Shown in pieces: positions 18,489 through 26,817 of a DNA stretch of 64,000 nucleotides (positions within the stretch are counted from its first letter, which is position 1; every line of letters begins with the position of its first letter). A program made the position numbers and the translations under genes. The stretch covers positions 11,228 to 75,227 of the forward strand of contig CAYTKR010000005.1 in the NCBI GenBank assembly GCA_964438295.1, given 5' to 3'. Source of the DNA: an uncultured Anaerolineales bacterium. GTDB taxonomy: Bacteria; Chloroflexota; Anaerolineae; Anaerolineales; UBA11858. The notes under the pieces are model-generated. The model did not search any database. It was given only the letters and a program-made list of their open reading frames with translations, and was not told where the DNA came from.

Positions 18489-19122
18489 CGGGGGCTCCCT
18501 CGATCTCTTGTGATGGGAATTTTTGCAAGAAGCGGACGAACATAACGCATCCAGTTATCAGGGTGATCAATCCGACCCCTGTGCAAAGCAGCCCCACAGC
18601 TTCATAGCCCGAAGCGATGTTGAACACCGGCATTACGACACCCCCAAGTATGAACAATACAGCCCAGATATAGCCGCGCCTGAGATCATAGGTTTGCCCT
18701 AACCAAAAAGGACCGATTGCCAACATCAATCCACTGGCCGGGGGGACGATATATGTCAGGAAGAAGTTTAATCCCGTCTTACTACCGAAAATAGCCATTG
18801 ATATTGCCATGACCCCTAGCAGTACGACTACCATGAGGATGGCAGTTATGCCAATTCCTTTGCCCGTTGCGTGAGGGTCTTCAGGGAGTTTGACGTAGCC
18901 CGCGCGAGGGTAGATGTAGCGTTTCTTTATTCGCTCTATTGCCCTCTTACCAAAGAACACTGTGACGAGAATGAAAACAACCCCTACAGGCAAAGATTTG
19001 GTTGCCAGAGCCCCACCATAAAAGAACAAGAACAGGCCCATGAATATTTCTGTTAGGCCATCCTGGAAGGCGGCGTAATTGGCTCTGCGTTCGATTTCTT
19101 TTAAGTCGAGGCTGATGGACAT
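18478..19122 (-). CDS. Polytopic membrane protein of unknown function (partner of the HTH_34 regulator)
   Basis: An N-terminal LKEIERR..FQDGL helix and about 6 TM helices. An AGGAG RBS is present. It overlaps the regulator gene by 11 nt. Paralogs lie at 31365-32015 and 32035-32667. Confidence 0.7.
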   Translation of the reverse strand: MSISLDLKEIERRANYAAFQDGLTEIFMGLFLFFYGGALATKSLPVGVVFILVTVFFGKRAIERIKKRYIYPRAGYVKLPEDPHATGKGIGITAILMVVVLLGVMAISMAIFGSKTGLNFFLTYIVPPASGLMLAIGPFWLGQTYDLRRGYIWAVLFILGGVVMPVFNIASGYEAVGLLCTGVGLITLITGCVMFVRFLQKFPSQEIEGAPDVS

Positions 19123-19155
19123 GTGGTGCTCCTAATCGTGTTTGCGGCTAACATG

Positions 19156-19172
19156 AGTTTGTATTACAAACT
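19156..19172. promoter_or_regulatory. Palindrome upstream of the membrane/HTH_34 operon (candidate operator)
   Basis: AGTTTGTA-t-TACAAACT has perfect 8-bp arms and lies 34-50 nt upstream of the 19122 start. Confidence 0.3.
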
Positions 19173-19267
19173 AGTCTGCAATGATTGTATCTTTTTTTAT
19201 TTGCTTGTCAAGAATCATTACCCCCAGTACAGGAGTGCTCATGCAACCCAGAATATTAGGTAACGCC

Positions 19268-19388
19268 ATGTGCAAGTATTTATCTTACGACTGTCATTCT
19301 GAGTGTAGCGAAGGATCTGGACGAATGTAAGGGGAGATTCTTCGCCCTTTCAGGGCTCAGAATGACAGATAATTGAATACTTGCACAT
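19268..19388. repeat. 121-bp three-tier imperfect palindrome containing the GTCATTCTGAG...GCGAAGGATC repeat core
   Basis: Outer arms ATGTGCAAGTATT/AATACTTGCACAT (13 bp, perfect); middle arms CTGTCATTCTGAG/CTCAGAATGACAG (13 bp, perfect); inner arms GCGAAGGATC/GATTCTTCGC (1 mismatch). Confidence 0.8.
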
Positions 19389-19624
19389 CGGGTTATTTAC
19401 GATTTAGATTGATTGGAAATGGTCGATAAGTGATTGCGTCATGCTGAGGTCCGCAGTGCCGTAGGTACACCTTTGGTAGGAGTGCCCCTGGCGAGGCCGA
19501 AGAATCTCGCCAAGCGAGAGTGTTGGGATAAGTACACATTTTGCTCTAATAGACTCTTCCACCTTAGGCGTCGTCTCAGGTCAAAAAACGTACCCGCAAA
19601 TTGCCCCCAGTATATTTCCCTCGT

Positions 19625-20623
19625 TTACAAATACTTTGCCAGCGAATCCCAGTCAAATTCGATGTAAGGTACCTCATTCTCGATATTCTCTTTGCGACCA
19701 CGCATATACCTCTCGCACCAGGGATCGTCCAGGTTCTCCACGTCCATACTGCGGTGGATCACGGCGTATAGGTCGATCTCGCGCAGTTTCAAGAAGTGGG
19801 GCAATTCGTTCAGCCACACTGGGTCAAGCTGATTTTCTGTTCTGTATCCCCGCAGAAAATCGCCCATGAATTCATAGGTAAACGCGGTTTTATCTTCTTT
19901 CCACATGGCGGCGTAGAACAATACCATAGCGATATCGTAAATGAACCAGCCATAGACGCTATCATCAAAGTCAAAGAGCGTGATTTGCCCTTCGTGGACA
20001 TAGAAATTGGCCCCGTGAGCATCCTGGTGGATCAACCCATACCCATCCCGATCTTTGGGGAGCGCTTCAAAATGGGGCATCAATGTCTGGAATTTTGAGA
20101 GGGCAACTGCTTCCGATGCGGGTAGCCAATCTTCGAGATCCAAGTTGCCATGGGATTTCCATTCTGGCCGACGCCAGGAGGGGTTAGCGGGGGCGTATCC
20201 TTTGGTCAGGGTGTGGATACGGCCGATGACCTGCCCATAGTGTTCTACAAATGCCGGTGTCCAATCGATTTCCCATGAAGGCACCCCCTGCGCCTTGACG
20301 AAGGCCGTCGCCAGAAATTGCCCCCCCTGACCGTCGTCGATGGCTTCGACCAGGTCCCCGCTTTGGGAATAGATGGCCCTCGAAACCGAAGCGCCACCCT
20401 GGGCTAAGTAATTGATCCAATCCACTTCCCCGGCAATCAGGTCGGGCGAACGCCTAAGGCTGTGCCCTATTCGCAGAATGAATTCTCCATCTTGATGAGA
20501 ATATTCATAGATGAAACTCTCAAAACCATCCAATAGTTCGATTTTGTCTTTCTCAATGCCGAAGCGAACCATCGCCTCTTGCAAGATGTCATCGTTGTAA
20601 CGTTGAACAATTTTGGGTTCCAT
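19625..20623 (-). CDS. Phosphotransferase (APH/choline-kinase-like) family protein
   Basis: GLIHQDAHGANFYV (HxDxxxxN catalytic loop) and LFDFDDS (DxD). Confidence 0.75.
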   Translation of the reverse strand: MEPKIVQRYNDDILQEAMVRFGIEKDKIELLDGFESFIYEYSHQDGEFILRIGHSLRRSPDLIAGEVDWINYLAQGGASVSRAIYSQSGDLVEAIDDGQGGQFLATAFVKAQGVPSWEIDWTPAFVEHYGQVIGRIHTLTKGYAPANPSWRRPEWKSHGNLDLEDWLPASEAVALSKFQTLMPHFEALPKDRDGYGLIHQDAHGANFYVHEGQITLFDFDDSVYGWFIYDIAMVLFYAAMWKEDKTAFTYEFMGDFLRGYRTENQLDPVWLNELPHFLKLREIDLYAVIHRSMDVENLDDPWCERYMRGRKENIENEVPYIEFDWDSLAKYL

Positions 20624-20841
20624 AATTTTTCTTTCCTCTGTTACAGCACAAACTCAACCGCCTGAAAATCACTAAAGCAATCATAGATAGGCTCAATAGG
20701 GTTGCTTACGAATACTACCTCAAACAAATGAATATTGCCCCTCGAGGTAATCTTGTTGTGTGTCACGCTAAAGATATCTATAAATACAATTTGCAGGGGT
20801 TTGAATTCTGCATTTGGTGAAGTAAACTGCCATCCGTACCA

Positions 20842-21879
20842 CTAATCTAAAATCATTTTTACCGATTCTCGAATTACAAGCTCTGTTGGCAACATAATAT
20901 GAGATGATACTGAATCTCCCTGAATTACCTGCGTTAGCAGGTCTGCGGCAGTTCTCCCTTTTTGTCGAATAGGTTGTGAAACTGTGGTAAGAGATGGACA
21001 AACCAAGCTGGCAATGGGGATGTTGTCAAACCCAACAACAGAGATTTCATCTGGAATGCTGATTCCTGCTTCGCGGGCTGCTTCCAAAATCCCTATTGCA
21101 ATAATATCACTCATGGCTACGACTGCTGTGGGCAATGGCTTTAATTTCAGCAGTTCGTCGAAGATTTTTTTTCCACCGCTTTTGGTAGTACTACTACTTT
21201 CAAGAAGAGTAACCCCACTTCCTTCAATCTCCAATCCATACTTGGCGAAAGCTTTCTTGTATCCATTGATCCGGTTGCGAAGTGTACCGACATACTCATC
21301 ATAACGACCTTCTTTGCCTGATCGAATACTTACAATAGCAATGTGCCTATGACCATTTTCCAATATATATTCCATCACCGATGATGCCCCAGGTTCATCA
21401 TCCACATTGACAGCTGGAACTCCTTCTAATGGATCGCTGTCTACCGTGGTGAAAGGAACATTTCTTTGTCGTAAGAACACCATAATCGATTTATGCTCTT
21501 CTAGCCCCAAGGTTAGGAAGCCATCTACGGCTGCATATTCAATCGCCCTTTTCATACTTCCCTGGAGCGGAGGAATTAGCATTAAAGAAAAGCCGTCCCG
21601 CGTACAGATTTCTCCTACGCCTTCCAGGAAATCAAATAAAAATGGATTGCGGAGCATTTCGGGCAGAGGCTGTGGTACTAAAACGCCAAGAGTTCCAGTT
21701 CTTCCTGATGTCATGCTTCGTGCAATCGGATTGGGTATATATCCTAATTCATCAGCAACTTCGAGAATCCTCTGAACAGTTTCTTCACCTAAGCGATTTG
21801 GGTTATTAAATGCAAATGAAACTGAGGTGATGGAAACCCCGGCTTTTTGGGCAATATCTTTTATAGTTACTTTCGGCAT
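20842..21879 (-). CDS. LacI/GalR family transcriptional regulator
   Basis: N-terminal HTH VTIKDIAQKAGVSITSVSFAFNN followed by a periplasmic-binding-like effector domain. Confidence 0.9.
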   Translation of the reverse strand: MPKVTIKDIAQKAGVSITSVSFAFNNPNRLGEETVQRILEVADELGYIPNPIARSMTSGRTGTLGVLVPQPLPEMLRNPFLFDFLEGVGEICTRDGFSLMLIPPLQGSMKRAIEYAAVDGFLTLGLEEHKSIMVFLRQRNVPFTTVDSDPLEGVPAVNVDDEPGASSVMEYILENGHRHIAIVSIRSGKEGRYDEYVGTLRNRINGYKKAFAKYGLEIEGSGVTLLESSSTTKSGGKKIFDELLKLKPLPTAVVAMSDIIAIGILEAAREAGISIPDEISVVGFDNIPIASLVCPSLTTVSQPIRQKGRTAADLLTQVIQGDSVSSHIMLPTELVIRESVKMILD

Positions 21880-21897
21880 AAGCTAATTCCAAAATCG

Positions 21898-23292
21898 TCA
21901 AATGGACTCAGGTACAAGGATATACGCGCAATTTGCTTCTATTTCATCGAATATGATCTTGCCTTGCAACTGAGAAAATACCGCATTCGTTAAAATATCT
22001 CTCCAACGCTTAGCATTGCCCTGGTTTTTCAATGGGATGGAAATTCTTTCGCGACCTTTGCGAGGATTCAGTATGATGATAATTTCTTGTTCATCAAGAT
22101 ATCTTCTATATGCAAATATACTGTTGAATATGAATAAGCTTTCGAAATTTCCATGCCGTAACACTTCAAACTTATTGCGGATAGAGATCAAAGTTTTATG
22201 GGTTCTCAAGAGATTTTGATCCCATTTTGAGCTAGTCCAAGGCATTGTTTTTCTACAGTCTGGATCATTCTCGCCAGTCAGGCCAATCTCATCGCCATAG
22301 TAAACCATCGGAGCACCAATATATGTGAATTGAAATACTAATGCAAGAATTAACCTTTTCGAGTCTTGGTTGCAGAGCGTTCGAATTCGGGGAGTATCGT
22401 GACTTCCCAATAAGTTCAATTGATAGGGAGCAGTATCTCCATGAATATTCCTTAACCTTCCGAGTTCGTAATCAAAATCCTCTGCATCCATGTGGTCTCG
22501 AACGCAGTAATCTAAAATGTACTCTCTGAGAGGATAGTTCATTACGCCGTCACAGGTATTGCCATTGAGCCAATCCTCGGGCCCTCGCCATACTTCACCA
22601 ACAATATATGCCTCAGGTTTTATTCGCTTTACTGCTGAACGAAATTTTCTCCAAAATTCAAGATGTGTTTTCCAGGGAACGTCCAAGCGCCAGCCATCTA
22701 TATCTGTTTGTTTAATCCAATATGTGGCTGCATCAAGTAAGTGCTTTTCTACTTCTGGATTTGTTGTGTTTAGTTTGGGGAGGTACGATGTGTCTCCACA
22801 GGTTTGGTAATTTGGGGGATCACTGATGATGGGGTGAGAATTGATAAAAAACCAGTCATTGTATTTGGAGTTGGATCCATTAGTTTTTATATCCTGGAAC
22901 GCCCAAAACCCTTCGCCACAATGGTTGAAGACGGCATCGAAGATTACTCGGATATTTCTTTTGTGGGCTTCTTTGACCAATACTGCTATTGATTCCTGTG
23001 ATCCTAAACTTGGATCAATTGCGAAATAATCACAGGTATCATATTTATGGTTAGTTTCTGCCTTAAAAACAGGATTCAAATAAATCGCGTTAATACCTAA
23101 TTCTTCTAAATATGGAAGCTTTTCGATGATGCCTTGGATATCTCCTCCAAAGAAATTATCTCTTGTGGGTTTAGAATCCCAGGGCACAGTATTTGGTGGG
23201 TCATTTCTTTTATCACCGTTAGCAAATCTTTCAGGAAATATTTGATAAAAAATTGCATCTTTCACCCATTGAGGCGTATTAGATGTTTCCAT
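21898..23292 (-). CDS. GH13 alpha-amylase-family glycoside hydrolase (cytoplasmic; neopullulanase/alpha-glucosidase-like)
   Basis: All four GH13 conserved regions are present: VIFDAVFNH, DGWRLDV, IVGEVW and LLGSHDTPR. There is no signal peptide. Confidence 0.9.
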   Translation of the reverse strand: METSNTPQWVKDAIFYQIFPERFANGDKRNDPPNTVPWDSKPTRDNFFGGDIQGIIEKLPYLEELGINAIYLNPVFKAETNHKYDTCDYFAIDPSLGSQESIAVLVKEAHKRNIRVIFDAVFNHCGEGFWAFQDIKTNGSNSKYNDWFFINSHPIISDPPNYQTCGDTSYLPKLNTTNPEVEKHLLDAATYWIKQTDIDGWRLDVPWKTHLEFWRKFRSAVKRIKPEAYIVGEVWRGPEDWLNGNTCDGVMNYPLREYILDYCVRDHMDAEDFDYELGRLRNIHGDTAPYQLNLLGSHDTPRIRTLCNQDSKRLILALVFQFTYIGAPMVYYGDEIGLTGENDPDCRKTMPWTSSKWDQNLLRTHKTLISIRNKFEVLRHGNFESLFIFNSIFAYRRYLDEQEIIIILNPRKGRERISIPLKNQGNAKRWRDILTNAVFSQLQGKIIFDEIEANCAYILVPESI

Positions 23293-23295
23293 ATA

Positions 23296-24159
23296 CTACC
23301 CTTTTAAACCTGAGCGTGACAAACCTGCAATAAATTGTTTTTGAGCGAGGAAGAATACTATGATGGGAATGATGGCCGCAGTCATCGTGCCAGCCATCAT
23401 ATAGGTCCATTCGGTTAGGTATTGACCTGAAAATGCTTGTAACCCTACTTGGATGACTCTTAATTTCTCATCATTGGCCACTAGCAAAGGCCAAAGGAAA
23501 TCATTCCAAACAAACAGGAAAGAAAATAACGCCATGGCCACAACAGTTGAGCGACTCATGGGCATAATTATTCTCCACAGCATTTTCCAGTTGTTACAGC
23601 CATCGAGTTTGGCTGCATCAAGATAATCTGGTGGAATAGCAATAAATACTTGTCGCAGTAGAAATATTGAAAATGCATCGATCATACGTGGCACTATCAT
23701 AGCTTGATATGTGTTCAACCATTTAAAGTTGATTATGATCATGTAAGCCGGTATCAACGTGGCATGAGATGGAATCATCATTGTTCCAAGGAAAAGCAAG
23801 AAAACCAAGTCGCGCCCCCTAAATCTTAGAATTGCGAAAGCATATGCAGCCATTCCAGCCAGAACAATTCGTGATGCAACAACTGCAATGGCTACAATTA
23901 TCGTGTTTAAGTAATAGCGCAAAAATGGAGCTGCCTTCCAGGCCATAAAATAATTGGAGAATTCAAAATTTGTTGGATAGAGATATGGAGGTTCTCCCAT
24001 CAGACCACGAGGTTTCAATGATGCAGTAAACATCCAAAGAAATGGAACCATAATCAAAATGGCAATCGGGATCAAAACAAGCAATAAGTAAAAATTGATT
24101 CGAAACTTTCGGATGAAGTTTCCGGTGTATTTATTGGAATTTGTCAATCTTGTAATCAT
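23296..24159 (-). CDS. Carbohydrate ABC transporter permease (MalG-like)
   Basis: Six TM helices and the EAA loop DAAKLDGCNNWKMLWRIIMP. Confidence 0.85.
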   Translation of the reverse strand: MITRLTNSNKYTGNFIRKFRINFYLLLVLIPIAILIMVPFLWMFTASLKPRGLMGEPPYLYPTNFEFSNYFMAWKAAPFLRYYLNTIIVAIAVVASRIVLAGMAAYAFAILRFRGRDLVFLLFLGTMMIPSHATLIPAYMIIINFKWLNTYQAMIVPRMIDAFSIFLLRQVFIAIPPDYLDAAKLDGCNNWKMLWRIIMPMSRSTVVAMALFSFLFVWNDFLWPLLVANDEKLRVIQVGLQAFSGQYLTEWTYMMAGTMTAAIIPIIVFFLAQKQFIAGLSRSGLKG

Positions 24160-24174
24160 TTTTTTGCTAGGTGG

Positions 24175-25116
24175 CTATTCTGCGCTGTCTACAGTTTCAA
24201 AACCAACAAATCGCCATTGCAATAATGTCATGATTGCTATGATCACAAAAATCACAACAGATATCGCCGATCCATACCCCATTTTGAAAAATTTAAAGGC
24301 ATTGATATACATATACCACCCAATTACCTCAGTTACATTTACTGGTCCACCTCTCGTTAGTACCATGATTTGATCGAATACAAGAAAAGAATCGATTATT
24401 CCAAAGATAACCAACATGATTGTGGTTGGTTTTAGAAGTGGAACTGTAATATACCAAAATTTACTTTGTCGATTAGCACCATCTACCATGGCGCTTTCGT
24501 AATATTCACCAGGAATGGACTGAAGGGCAGCAAGATAGATGATCAAATTGAAACCTATCCTTCTCCAGATACCTAAAAGCATTACTGTGGGCAAAGCCCA
24601 AGTAGTATCTGCTAACCAATTGGGACCTTGAATGTTGAAATAACTAAGCAATTTGTTGGCATATCCGATGCTGGGATTGAATAGCAACATCCATACCATA
24701 GCAGCAGCGACTGAAGGAGTAATAGTTGGCAGAAAATATAAACTGCGCCAGAAAGATTTCCAGATTAGATTTCGATCATTGAGTGCAATTGCTAACAATA
24801 GCCCAATTAGAATGCTGACTAGAGTTACGATAGCAGTGTATGTAAAAGTAACTTGTAACGAATTCCAGAAGCGGTTATTAAGAAATAATTCAAAATAATT
24901 CTGTAATCCAATGAAAGTACGATTTGGCGATAAATTTTCCCACTTGTAAAGGCTGAGTTGAAAAATCGATACCAAAGGATAGTAATTGAAAGTAAGGAGA
25001 ACTATTGTCGCCGGAATTAAGAATAGGATTGCTTGAAAGGAATCCCTTTGGAGAAACCCTGAAAGACGAAACCCGAATTTCTTAAAAGTTGTCAAAGATT
25101 TAAAGTGCATATTCAT
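24175..25116 (-). CDS. Carbohydrate ABC transporter permease (MalF-like)
   Basis: The EAA loop ESAMVDGANRQSKFWYITVPLL and a multi-TM topology. Confidence 0.85.
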   Translation of the reverse strand: MNMHFKSLTTFKKFGFRLSGFLQRDSFQAILFLIPATIVLLTFNYYPLVSIFQLSLYKWENLSPNRTFIGLQNYFELFLNNRFWNSLQVTFTYTAIVTLVSILIGLLLAIALNDRNLIWKSFWRSLYFLPTITPSVAAAMVWMLLFNPSIGYANKLLSYFNIQGPNWLADTTWALPTVMLLGIWRRIGFNLIIYLAALQSIPGEYYESAMVDGANRQSKFWYITVPLLKPTTIMLVIFGIIDSFLVFDQIMVLTRGGPVNVTEVIGWYMYINAFKFFKMGYGSAISVVIFVIIAIMTLLQWRFVGFETVDSAE

Positions 25117-25140
25117 TGGATCTCAATTTTTGAGATTCCG

Positions 25141-25169
25141 AGGCAGCGGGATGATCACTCCCGCTGCCT
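25141..25169 (-). other. Intercistronic stem-loop between the binding-protein and permease genes
   Basis: AGGCAGCGGGA / TCCCGCTGCCT is an 11-bp perfect stem with a 7-nt loop and no T-run. Confidence 0.5.
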
Positions 25170-25196
25170 GGAGATAGAAGAACCGGCCTATGATGT

Positions 25197-26498
25197 TTAA
25201 GGCGCCAAAATATCATTCACTGCGTTTTCGGCGTTTATCAAGGCCTCCTCTGGTGAAATTTGGCCTAATAATGCCTGCTGAATTTCACGCGAAAAAGCTT
25301 CTGATACTTCATTATACTTGGGGGTTGCTGGACGTGTATGTGCAAATGGCATACCTTCCACGAACGGCAACATACGTGGTTCAGTATCATTGACCCAGCT
25401 GAGGTAATCTGGGCTTTCACCCACAGATTCTCGGACTGGAAGGAAGCCAGTCAGCATATCCCATTGAATTTGTACTTCTGTGCTGGTCATATATCGAACA
25501 AATTCCCAGGCTGCATCTTGATGCGCACTGTCCTTGAAAATAAACATATGCTCACCGCCTACATTACTGGCCGTCGTGCCGCCCTCAGGAGCCGGTACTA
25601 AGGCGATCCCCCAATCAAATGGGGCCCCACTACGGTATCCAAAAAGCCAGGAACCATCAAGTTGCATGCAAGCTTTCTGTTCACCAAACAACCCCCAAGG
25701 CCCAGCTTGTGATCCATTCCCTTGCAACATATTTGATACATATGTTAGCGCTTGGATACCTTCAGGTGTGTTGAATGCGGCAGCAGTGTTATCTTGGTTA
25801 AGAAATTCGCCCCCCGCAGCCCAGAGCCATACCTGGAATTGCCAGGTAATCCCCTCACCAATTGGCTGAGTGTAGAACTCGAAACCTACTACGCCATTAT
25901 CCAAATCTTGGCATTCTTCAGCCATTGATTGCATTTCAGCCCATGTAGTTGGAGGTGTATCTGGATCCAAGCCAGATGCTGTAAAGAGATCCTTATTCCA
26001 GATCAACTGCATATTATTGGTGCTCATTGGCAAAGCATATCTTTGTCCATTTATGATGTCATATGCTGCCAACAAGGGATAAAAATCATCTACATCGAAA
26101 TCCTCTTCTGCAGCGATATAATTATCTAGTGGGAGCACTCCTGATGTTTCGACAAGTTGTGGTAAAAAGATCAAGTCCACTGCAGCAATATCTGGGGTGT
26201 TCCCGGAAGCAATTGCTGCCTGGAGCAGTGTCATCATTTCAGGATAGGGTTGGAAAACGCTCTCTACTTGAATATCTGGATGTTGCGCATTGAATTCGTC
26301 AACTAGTTGGTTAATCACCTCCATGTTGACATTATCCCAGTTATTCCAAAAGGTTAGCTTAACGGGTTCAGCTGATTCCGCTTTCTCAACTTCTTGATCT
26401 GAAATTAGTAGGTCAGGGGTATTGTTCGGCCCATAAGCTCCCACCAGGAGCACAGCAACAAGGGCCAATAGGCAAATTAGTAATCTTGTACGCTTCAT
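25197..26498 (-). CDS. Extracellular sugar-binding protein of the ABC transporter
   Basis: Signal peptide MKRTRLLICLLALVAVLLVGAYG and solute-binding family 1 composition. The start was moved to the ATG at 26498, which is preceded by GAGGAGAG. Confidence 0.8.
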   Translation of the reverse strand: MKRTRLLICLLALVAVLLVGAYGPNNTPDLLISDQEVEKAESAEPVKLTFWNNWDNVNMEVINQLVDEFNAQHPDIQVESVFQPYPEMMTLLQAAIASGNTPDIAAVDLIFLPQLVETSGVLPLDNYIAAEEDFDVDDFYPLLAAYDIINGQRYALPMSTNNMQLIWNKDLFTASGLDPDTPPTTWAEMQSMAEECQDLDNGVVGFEFYTQPIGEGITWQFQVWLWAAGGEFLNQDNTAAAFNTPEGIQALTYVSNMLQGNGSQAGPWGLFGEQKACMQLDGSWLFGYRSGAPFDWGIALVPAPEGGTTASNVGGEHMFIFKDSAHQDAAWEFVRYMTSTEVQIQWDMLTGFLPVRESVGESPDYLSWVNDTEPRMLPFVEGMPFAHTRPATPKYNEVSEAFSREIQQALLGQISPEEALINAENAVNDILAP

Positions 26499-26607
26499 TT
26501 TTTCTCTCCTCAATAACAATAGCCTAATCGAAAGGGGGGAAGGGTATCCTGTTGTCTTTTTTACGATAACGCACCTCCTCAATGACTATCTCTTACGGAA
26601 ATCAAAA

Positions 26608-26640
26608 ATACTAAAGCGTTTTACTAAAACGCTTTAGTAT
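26608..26640. promoter_or_regulatory. Perfect 33-bp palindrome; candidate LacI-family operator(s)
   Basis: ATACTAAAGCGTTTTA-c-TAAAACGCTTTAGTAT. Each arm contains an AAAGCGTTTT / AAAACGCTTT core with a central CG, as in LacI/GalR operators. It lies 110 nt upstream of the binding-protein start. Confidence 0.55.
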
Positions 26641-26817
26641 TGTATAAAATATTGCGATCGAAGTCAAGTATTTTTGTTTATTTGTTTGGCTTTGTTACGA
26701 TGTCGCGCGATAAGCGATATGCTACTTTGTTAGGGAATTGAAACATCTATGGAAAAAAATGAACTTAATATTTTAGTCAACAGCGCATTTTTCCCGGATT
26801 CGGAATTCTCTTCGGGA

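Noticed and set aside
19241-19324. 27-aa ORF (MQPRILGNAMCKYLSYDCHSECSEGSGRM) with AGGAG upstream
   Set aside because: It lies within the arms of the palindromic repeat element. Such repeat-derived ORFs are common annotation artefacts.
26641-26817. Promoter or terminator calls in the AT-rich gap between the PDZ-peptidase gene and the sugar operon
   Set aside because: I found only weak 4-6-bp stems and no convincing -35/-10 pair at proper spacing, so no feature is reported apart from the 33-bp palindrome.
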